From Ginkgo biloba (lineage: Eukaryota; Plantae; Ginkgophyta): DNA of 30,486 nt. The DNA is taken from assembly GCA_024626585.2 (NCBI GenBank), contig JANKJI020000002.1, forward strand, positions 60,143,813 to 60,174,298, in the 5' to 3' direction. A program made the translations under genes and the position numbers. Shown one piece after another: positions 24,101-30,486 of this stretch; within the stretch, counting starts at the first letter, position 1, and each line of letters opens with the position of its first letter. The notes beneath the pieces are model-generated. The model saw nothing but the letters and a program-made list of their open reading frames with translations. It searched no databases and was not told where the DNA came from.

Positions 24101-24112
24101 TACTTTTGGGAG
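8977..24112 (+). CDS. cruP: Partial multi-exon gene: CruP/CruA-family lycopene cyclase-like FAD-dependent oxidoreductase (At2g32640-like); 5' and 3' exons lie outside the window or in gaps
   Basis: Spliced product: ...FDVIICGGTLGIFVATALSLRGLHVGVIERNILKG|RAQEWNISRKELMELVEIG...DFNP|NRCGFKGRGEIWVEDILNLGVS|[exon not seen]|VLKLDNGEILNARLIIDAMGNFSPIVKQ|IRSGKKPDGVCLVVGSCARGFKENSISDII..SNSSATKVGESTVQYFWE. Motifs GGTLG, QEWNISR, DAMGNFSP and PDGxCLVVG are characteristic of this family (recalled, not searched). All visible junctions are GT-AG. Confidence 0.9.
9282..9389 (+). CDS. cruP: CruP-like exon
   Basis: Acceptor ctcAG (9281), donor GTAAGT (9390). 108 nt, phase 0/0. Encodes RAQEWNISRKELMELVEIGIVSEHEIQKVIAVDFNP. 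Confidence 0.93.
9609..9673 (+). CDS. cruP: CruP-like exon
   Basis: Pyrimidine tract + ccAG (9608), donor GTGAGT (9674). Encodes NRCGFKGRGEIWVEDILNLGV(S). Ends in phase 2. Confidence 0.93.
10655..10960. repeat. 18-bp minisatellite, ~17 degenerate units, consensus ~RTGGYCDTTCAACTTYYR
   Basis: Units include GTGGCCTTTCAACTTTCG, ATGATCGTTCAACTTCTG, ATGGCCTTTCAACTTCCA and GTGGTCGTTTAGCTTTTG. Abuts the 318-N gap. Confidence 0.8.
11403..12478 (+). mobile_element. Degenerate Ty3/gypsy reverse transcriptase (chromovirus/CRM-like)
   Basis: PKGLPPKRPIEHEIQL, KDSSWRMCVDF*ALNK, YPLPRIDDLLDQL, FTKLDL..YHHVRI, GLFEWLVIPLGLCNAPTTFMRL, YLHDILV (YxDD decayed), YLGFVI. Many in-frame stops. Confidence 0.95.
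12845..13570. repeat. Pair of diverged ~130-bp direct repeats (12845-12977 and 13441-13570) in probable non-coding retroelement sequence
   Basis: TTAGTGCCTAGCAATAATTG..TGCTAGGATCCACCCCTTAAC..TAAGGTTGCTAGGCGTAGATCT aligns with TTAGCACCTAGCAATTATTA..TGCTAGGTTCCACCCCTAAC..TAAGGGTGCCAGGCATAGGTCT. Confidence 0.7.
13910..15300 (-). mobile_element. Degenerate Ty3/gypsy RT-RNase H (non-chromovirus, Athila/Tat-like)
   Basis: VFVWSYKDLKGIPPEL.QHYIDL, KIDKMLD, WINPFIIVQKKNGKIRICLDYQELNK, KDPFPLPF, FSFIDGLSEYNQV, PFGL...FQR, FLDH (YxDD decayed), KEFHIHANAS...VLAQP...DHPIY (RNase H). Confidence 0.93.
14805..14934. repeat. Two ~58-bp units with CA/TATG microsatellite tails inserted into the RT
   Basis: ACACAAGAAGAGGATAA(T/C)A(G/A)CAAATGGGTATATGTATGTAT occurs twice and separates RT motifs DKMLD and EEV..W. 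Confidence 0.75.
15991..16690 (+). repeat. 90-bp tandem array (~7.7 units) encoding a 30-aa repeat; probable extra-ORF/3' region of an LTR retrotransposon
   Basis: Units start at 15991, 16081, 16171, 16261, 16351, 16441, 16531 (5-bp deletion) and ~16616. Consensus peptide HLVLGVKASLIIKGGERYLGGRVSEGGTHL. Confidence 0.9.
16876..17198 (+). mobile_element. Probable LTR (~323 bp) ending the repeat-bearing element and abutting copia RT
   Basis: TGTT(G)...(T)AACA inverted termini around AT-rich non-coding sequence. Copia RT similarity starts immediately after 17198. No clean PPT or TSD seen. Confidence 0.55.
17199..18002 (+). mobile_element. Degenerate Ty1/copia RT C-terminus + RNase H, ending in a PPT
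   Basis: KYI..., TPMETGIKL, LYINLVGSLIYLTTTRLDI, ILRYLRG, RSTSGY, SKKQ....SSIEAEY, IKLAKNPIFHARTKHIEVHHHFIRE, DQIA..FTKPL. PPT AAGGGGAAG at 17994-18002. Confidence 0.95.
18003..18341 (+). mobile_element. 3' LTR of the copia element (339 bp)
   Basis: Starts TGTTAG right after the PPT and ends TTCACA. TATATA at ~18227. Shares the 17-mer hairpin with the LTR at 1-230. Confidence 0.8.
18342..19550 (-). mobile_element. Possible decayed N-terminal gag-like/coding region of a minus-strand retroelement
   Basis: Minus-strand Q/S/N-rich reading frames broken mainly by TAA/TAG (consistent with CAA/CAG decay). No diagnostic motif, so the identity is inference. Confidence 0.25.
19657..22214 (+). mobile_element. 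Probable retroelement 3' accessory ORF remnant followed by LTR-like non-coding sequence
   Basis: Decayed + strand frame (PFCMTNLLIYLVM...) and K/E/Q-rich tracts, then non-coding sequence with a TATA-like CATATAAGTCCCC (~21862) resembling the TAAATAGACCCC in the LTR at ~58. No termini identified; spans gaps. Confidence 0.3.
23540..23623 (+). CDS. cruP: CruP-like exon
   Basis: Acceptor TTGCAG|G (23539), donor GTTTGT (23624). 84 nt. Encodes VLKLDNGEILNARLIIDAMGNFSPIVKQ. Confidence 0.9.
23809..23898 (+). CDS. cruP: CruP-like exon, 5' part (interrupted)
   Basis: T-rich tract + gtAG (23808). Encodes IRSGKKPDGVCLVVGSCARGFKENSISDII, then unrelated sequence with an in-frame TGA at 23908. Confidence 0.88.
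24059..24112 (+). CDS. cruP: CruP-like exon, 3' part (after the 100-N gap)
   Basis: Encodes SNSSATKVGESTVQYFWE followed by donor GTATCA (24113). Continues the family pattern SD(V/I)IYS.SS...V....VQ.FWE. Confidence 0.85.
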
Positions 24113-24703
24113 GTATCATTGAACTAGTTTGGTTAGATTGTAGCACAGGTGGCAAAATATTGAACTGAGCTGGGGATTAGAAGCATGAAATGTATATTCT
24201 GTTATTACTTCATAAGGATAAGTTCTAGGAGAAGCAGATAGTGTAATGAGAAATTTACTTTAAACCAAGATTAGGCAATCAACTTATTCAGCTTCTTTGT
24301 TTTTGAGAAGTTGTTTGTTTGAGGCTAATTTCTTTTCTTTTCCCAACAAAACACATAATGTAGCAATGAAATTTGTTTGCAAAAACCGGCATTTGACCAC
24401 CGATCCATTACCAGTCATCACAATATATGTAATGCTACTAATATCATGGCCAAACGGAGTCCACAGACTTGTATCATCTAGATTACCCTACTAGTTATCC
24501 TACACTAAGCCAACTCTAATGTATATCAACTAGATTAATAGTTACTAATATCATGCCCATTAGGTAGTAAAACTCATTAGTCCATCTGTAATTACTGAGC
24601 AATCTCACCAAGGGGCCACTAGGGACATTTTTGAATTCCACATTGAAATCAAATGTCAAATCTTCCATTTTTGTTCTTCTGAGCAGCTCTTCCTTTCTCC
24701 CTT

Positions 24704-25338
24704 TGGCCTAGCTTATCTATAGGTGATTGGGTACAGTTGAAGAGGGTCCAAACATTATGCTATACAGGGTTATATGATGCAAACAAATGGTACCCCAGAG
24801 TGTCGTCCAAGCTGAGTTTTGAGCTCATCCAGTCTGCCTGGATACTATATACCAGATCTGAACATACTTATACAGAGTTTGAGCCATGGCAGACACCTAC
24901 ACAGGGAGAGGACAGTACCGATACCTAGCCCTACATTCATCACACATGTTGGTATAGAAGGTGACCACTACACAGATGTGGATGGTACAATAATGTTCCT
25001 ACACTGCTATAGATGATTTGGATATCGATTGATAGATTACCACCTTTTAGATTCTCACTAGGTGCAACAAGTCTCTGACTTACGAGGAAGGAGATTAGTG
25101 AGCAGATTTGAGGGGGCATTTATAGGGCATACATTCAGTCTACGTTGATCTCTCCACTTAGGGCTCTTAGCACTAAATTGGCCTTCCACTTTGAGCACTT
25201 TCTCTATATCTTTGAAGGCACCATTGATCCTCTAGGTTACCTGCATCTACATATGTCACATGGTATACAGTTTCCTATTGGTCAATTCAGAGTATGCTCC
25301 CATCAGCTTTAGATAGTGATATAACACCATGTTTCTGG
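24704..25338 (+). mobile_element. 5'-truncated, decayed non-LTR retrotransposon (RTE-like LINE), post-RT C-terminal region
   Basis: PSLSIGDWVQLKRVQ, VPQSVVQAEF*AHP...YLYRV and IGQFRVCSHQL*I resemble the ERVQ..., TP..V.AE.G..P and .FR.SSH.L.IE motifs of RTE-type ORF ends. Confidence 0.65.
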
Positions 25339-25631
25339 TGATCCACCCGAAGGTTCAATTTTCAACACATGGAACTATATGTTTCTCTCACTCCTATTCG
25401 AAGTAGGGTCCATGTGATGATATTTCCAATTCTTTGAAATATCACAACCTATATTTGGAATCATGTGTAAATGATTCCTTTCCTTGTCTCATATGACATG
25501 CAATGTAACAAATTCTTGTATGTAACTGCCATAGTGCAGTTTTCTTAAAAATGTAATGAGCTTAAATGGCTTTCTTTCTCTCTTTCACTCTCGAGCGGTT
25601 TTGGTTGAGTGCCCTTTTGGGTTTCACCCAC
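25339..25631. repeat. Dispersed non-coding repeat, copy 1 (possible LTR end)
   Basis: Begins TGATCCACCCGAAGGTTCAATTTT and aligns over ~290 bp with 28503-28820. Truncated by a gap. Confidence 0.75.
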
Positions 25632-26149
25632 NNNNNNNNNNNNNNNNNNNNNNNNNNNNNNNNNNNNNNNNNNNNNNNNNNNNNNNNNNNNNNNNNNNNN
25701 NNNNNNNNNNNNNNNNNNNNNNNNNNNNNNNAGCTCCCCCTAATTTTTTTCTACAAAATGAATTTCTGCCTGAAATTTCGTAAACAACAGAGTCTATTTG
25801 ATGGCTTTTATAGTCCTTTTCTGAACACCAAAAAATTCAACTTCTTTATACTCTTTTAGCTCATTCAACTTTTAGCTCTTGGTTGTCCATATGACCCACC
25901 ACTAGCACCTTTAACAAAATTCTTTAGAAAAACACACTTTGTGAGTTTTACACCCCTAACCTCTTATTTAATGACCAAATGACCTAACCAATTGGGCTAC
26001 TGCTCACTTTGAAATATGAACTGATAGAAAAATTAATTTAGTTTTACTCAGCAAGGAGAGGATTAAAAAATAAAATTGGTCACCCACGTGACCCAAACAT
26101 TAACGATGAGGATGGGCTTCAAGAAAATTTCAAATTTGATTAAATCAAA

Positions 26150-26796
26150 TCAAACCTCAGAAAAAAATTAATTTTATGTCCTCTGTTCTCCTACAACTTG
26201 CAAATTTTCTTTGTTGCGTCTCTGATTTGTCTTCTATCTGTTTGGGATTGCTCTACTTCTTGACATCTCTACTGCATCTTTGCAATTTGTGTCATTGACT
26301 TGCTGACTCAGTCTATGCCTTCTTTGTCTTAGTCCTCAACTTCCGTCTACAACCCGCTTTAGGGGCAGTGACATAGCCTATGTTGTTGTGACGATTCCAC
26401 TTATTTTGGCACTTCGCCTCACTTTGACCCTCCCAACCTCAATGCAATTTCGCTTTGTGCACTCTTTGTTTCAATCCTTCAACGTGGTCTTCATCTTCCT
26501 TCGTTCTTTCAAAAAATCACCCCCACTTCAGTTCAACTTAGACGCAAAATGGAATACTTGCCTCGACATCACTCTTCGTTATTTCATCTATTCTACCTTT
26601 GCTGGAGCATGCTCAACTCTCCTTTGTGGGCTCATTGACTACATAGTCTTTGCAACCTCTAGCACTGCCATCGCCCTCACAGTCCTTCACGGACTTTCAA
26701 AGGCTCTAATACCATGTTGAAATCAAGAGACAAATAAGAAGATGAATAATTGACAAAAGCTCATGATTCGATTGCCATTGATTGTTATGATACAAC
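26150..26796 (-). mobile_element. Minus-strand LTR element 5' end: LTR terminus (26715-26796), PBS and leader
   Basis: GCTCTAATACCA-TGTTG on + is ...CAACA|TGGTATTAGAGC on -. The leader is pyrimidine-rich on +. Confidence 0.7.
26703..26714 (-). promoter_or_regulatory. Primer binding site (tRNA-Met type)
   Basis: Reverse complement TGGTATTAGAGC, directly adjacent to the LTR terminal CA. Confidence 0.8.
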
Positions 26797-27307
26797 NNNN
26801 NNNNNNNNNNNNNNNNNNNNNNNNNNNNNNNNNNNNNNNNNNNNNNNNNNNNNNNNNNNNNNNNNNNNNNNNNNNNNNNNNNNNNNNNNNNNNNNNTGGC
26901 GAATCTAATTTTTGAAAATTTTGGAAAAAAATAGCCAATTGGCTATATATAACCATTCAAATTTTCCCTGGTACTAGGGGTTTTAGGTAGGCCTACGAGT
27001 AAGGGTAAGCTTTCATACCACCACATTCAATTATAAGGCACTGGTGTATTGGCCAAATATGACCAACTTCTATTACTTTTGCTTGGAAAGATATATGGCT
27101 CTTACAACTGCTAATATTTGATAATGGTTGCTTCTATCATTGAGATGGAGGGCAAGTATCTCATTTCTTTACTAACATTTTCAAGAGGGAGTAGAACACT
27201 ATATTTCTATTACATCCAATGTACAAGTGTTGCCTAAGCTTGTGGATCTAAAGTTGGGGACTTTGCCAGGCAGGTTCATCACTCAACCGAGTTCATCTAT
27301 GTAACTT

Positions 27308-27550
27308 TATTGAAATTAAGAGACATATAAGAAGATGAGTAAATGATGAAAGCTCATGATTCGATTGCCATTGATTGTTATGATACAACATGTATGCAAT
27401 TACATATTTATTGACAAATTAGAACCTCATGACTACAGTCGACTTTTGTTGGACACAACTTTCGACATTACAACTTGACACAACAGTCAACATAATCTTA
27501 ACTTAACTTCATGACTAGGTTAACCACAAACAAATACAAGAGATGTCCTT
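27308..27550 (-). mobile_element. Second, diverged copy of the same LTR family (no adjacent PBS; solo or 3' LTR)
   Basis: TATTGAAATTAAGAGACATATAAGAAGATG...AAAGCTCATGATTCGATTGCCATTGATTGTTATGATACAAC matches 26715-26796 with several substitutions. Confidence 0.7.
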
Positions 27551-27689
27551 NNNNNNNNNNNNNNNNNNNNNNNNNNNNNNNNNNNNNNNNNNNNNNNNNN
27601 NNAAAAGCTAGGGCACACTCTACCTACAACTATTACTACAAAAATAGATTATGAGGCTAGAATTGGAGTGGTGAAGTGTCGTTGTGAAA

Positions 27690-28215
27690 GGACATAGGCA
27701 TTCGACAATACTGCATGTCAAATCCAATGCAGTATATGTTAGAAAAAACTATGTTTATATTAAGGGCAGTTATATATTTTCCTTTACGTGGGTAATTAGC
27801 ATCCTTTATACTTGCAAAATAGGATGTATGTCACATGTTTGACGAAATGCCCCAATGAAGTAATGTTGTTTGGGGCTGGGTAGATTGCAAATAATGGACA
27901 ACATGGGAAACAAATCTTGATGGTGCTCTATAAAATGTATACAAAGAGTCAAATTTATTGACAACTTTCATCTCTAAAGATTGTATGTGATATGATTTAA
28001 ATTGTAAGGAATCCTTATGTTTATTGGGAACCAATGACTGTTGTATCAATAGTGAATGCTTGTAGCTTTTTCATTAGTTGCAAAAGTCCCTTTCAATGGT
28101 AGGGATTAAGTAGGTTGCAAATAGTCAAACGGTTAGGCAATATTGCCAACTGATTATAAGAAGACAAATGAATGAAATGTCCAAGTCTGCACATGGAAGA
28201 CATGATGTGGCATTG
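27690..28215 (+). pseudogene. Decayed PLS-class pentatricopeptide repeat (PPR) gene fragment
   Basis: Frameshifted motifs in PPR order: YVGN (~27785), DVCHMFDEMPQ*SNVVW (27823-27873), IANNGQHGKQILMVLYKM (from 27884), TVVSIVNACS (28037-28066), IAN*L...MKCPSL (~28142-28188). Confidence 0.6.
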
Positions 28216-28502
28216 TGACAGTAAGCCCATAGAGGGCTTTATGGGAGCGCCACACCAATGGAAGGTGGAAGTCCTCTTTAATTTCTTTTGGGGGAATTCT
28301 TTCCCTACATGATGTTGATCTTCCTTGTAAGGAGATTGCATTCGAGCACCTTATGAGATGTTATGTTCAACTCAGTACAGTGAAATTTACCTTGAGCAAC
28401 CAACAAGATGTAATCATTAGTTTGCATTCACAATAGCAGAATGATCTTTTGAGATATTAATGAAAGGATTATGGGGGCCATCATCTATAGAAATGGAGGG
28501 TT

Positions 28503-28820
28503 TGATCCACCCAAAGGTTCAATTTTTAACGCATGGAACTATATGTTTCTCTCATTCCTATTTGGAGTATGGTCCATGTGATTATATTTCCAATTTTTGG
28601 AAATATGATTGCCTATTTTGGAATCATGTGTGTAACTGATTTCTTTTCTTGTCTCATATACCATATAAATTAATGGATTCTTNNNNNNNNNNNNNNNNNN
28701 NNNNNNNNNNNNNNNNNNNNNNNNNNNNNNNNNNNNNNNNNATATAATGAGCCTCAATGGCTTTGTCTCTTTGAATCTTGAGCCTTTTTGGCTTGGGAGC
28801 CCTTTTAGGTTCCTCCCACA
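28503..28820. repeat. Dispersed non-coding repeat, copy 2
   Basis: TGATCCACCCAAAGGTTCAATTTT..., same orientation as copy 1. Preceded by purine-rich AGAAATGGAGGG. Contains an internal gap. Confidence 0.75.
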
Positions 28821-29194
28821 TAGTGGATATTTCCAATCATGGCAATGTAGCCCATTTGCACAAATTTTAGTATTTGAATTTCAGCTCAAGAATCTGTGTT
28901 TATGTACATGCATGTGATGTCTATGTTGATATTGTGATTTTTATTTGTTATGATCCCAAATCACCTCACCTCTATAGTGTTCATATTTGAATACTGTATC
29001 ACTATTTTCATAAATTGTCTTGCAGTGATTTTTAAACATGCTTTTGCTTTGTATTACAATGAGGGATTTTGGATCACCTAGAGATTAGCGCATCNNNNNN
29101 NNNNNNNNNNNNNNNNNNNNNNNNNNNNNNNNNNNNNNNNNNNNNNNNNNNNNNNNNNNNNNNNNNNNNNNNNNNNNNNNNNNNNNNNNNNNNN

Positions 29195-29931
29195 AATCAA
29201 ATAATGGAAGACATGTTGAGGTTGGATGTGGCATCTAGGCAAAACTAGTTGGGAAGAAAAGCTACCATTTGTAGAGTTTGCATATAACCACAATAAACAT
29301 TTGGATATAGGTATAACTCATTTTATATATGGCTACGATCCCTTTATTGGTTTAGAATTGGATCTTAAGAATTTTAAGGGGAAGAGTCAAGTTTCTTTGG
29401 AGATGCAAGATGTGCTAATGGAGTGTCAAAGGAATATTGAAAGAGCCCAAGCCCATGCTAAGTTATATGTAGACCAACATAGATAACCAAAGTGTTTTGA
29501 GCTTGGAAACATGTTTTATCTCATAGTGAAGCCTAATAGTTATTTGTCTACAAGAAGATTTGCTAACCTCTCTCCTCGATATCATGGGCCATTCCAAGTT
29601 CTTGAGACAATAAATTAAGTAGCCTATATATTGCAAGTGTTGGCACATGTCCAAATGCACCTAATGTTTAATGTGATTGTTTTGAAGAAAGCCTTGTCTA
29701 AACGTGATAATGCATTACCATTATATGTTGATGTACAAGAAGTGAAATAGGAGGTTCACGATCCAATTGGGATATTGGATGAGAGAATAAGGAGGTTGCG
29801 GAACATGGATATTGTTGAATACTTTGTCAAAAGGTCAAATAAGCCTCTAGAAGAAACTACATGGGAATCAACAACTTTTTGCCAAGGGGTTCAGTTCAGT
29901 GAGGGTAGTGATTCTACATGGTGGGGAGAGA
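29195..29931 (+). mobile_element. Degenerate Ty3/gypsy chromovirus integrase C-terminus + chromodomain + PPT
   Basis: NQIMEDMLR, WEEKLPFVEFAYN, YGYDP, AQAHAKLYVDQHR, LSPRYHGPFQVL (GPY/F motif), ILDERIRRLRN...EYFVKR.N.PLEETTWE (chromodomain). PPT GGGGAGAGA at 29923-29931. Confidence 0.93.
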
Positions 29932-30486
29932 TGTTGCTATTGTTGTTACACACATTGTAGTTTTTCTATTATTGTTTCTTTTTGCATACCTTAGAGTTAG
30001 GGATCTCTCATTATAGTGACTTCTAATGAATATTTTCACCATACGACTACTCAGGTCTCTTCCTTGGAGGAAGGCAACTTCATTGCAAGTGTTGTCTAGA
30101 GATTCGCTACAAATTTGGGCATAGGGAACCCTAAGAAGAAGTTGTAGGCCTTCTTGGTGCCTAGTGATTGGTTTATGCACATTGCTTCATCTCTATTTGG
30201 CCTCCTACATCAAGTCACAACACTTTGACTAGATAGACTGAAGCATTTTGCATCTCAGAGTTTCAAGGACAACCATCATAGAGTGCTTCAGATCCCTCCA
30301 TAGGCCTTTTTCGTACCCAACCATTAGTTTGCGTACATTGTTTCAACTTTATTTGGCCTGCTACATCAAGTCATAACACTTTTGATGAGCTTCAATGCTA
30401 GATTGTACAATACACTACTCGGTACTTAATTACTGTTCATCTCATCAAGTGACTTAAGTCTTTTGTTGTAAAGTGTGTCTAATTTC
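29932..30486 (+). mobile_element. 3' LTR of the chromovirus element (end not determined)
   Basis: Starts TGTTG directly after the PPT. Internal ~50-bp direct repeat at ~30178-30228 and ~30334-30385. Confidence 0.65.

Overview
AT-rich eukaryotic (land-plant) genomic DNA from a fragmented draft assembly with 18 N-gaps, most of them 100-N placeholders. It is not prokaryotic. The only intact host coding sequence is five internal exons (the last split by a gap) of a + strand CruP/CruA-family lycopene cyclase-like FAD-dependent oxidoreductase, which I recognise as At2g32640-like. The exons form two clusters (8977-9673 and 23540-24112) separated by ~13.9 kb and flanked by introns of at least ~9 kb and ~6 kb, the giant-intron layout typical of large-genome plants such as gymnosperms (inference). 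The introns are filled with old, stop-riddled, partly nested retroelements: several Ty3/gypsy gag, protease, RT, RNase H and integrase relics (one with a chromodomain), Ty1/copia RT-RNase H with PPT and LTR, LTR ends with tRNA-Met PBS, and an RTE-type LINE fragment. There are also several tandem or dispersed repeats and a decayed PLS-class PPR gene fragment. Notable points: one expected CruP exon is not visible and another is interrupted by foreign sequence plus a gap; a 90-bp array is both a 30-aa coding repeat and a double-hairpin repeat; a 17-nt hairpin is invariant between two otherwise divergent LTRs; a ~130-bp duplicated element keeps its stems while its loops diverge. I found no clear evidence of a new multi-gene system.
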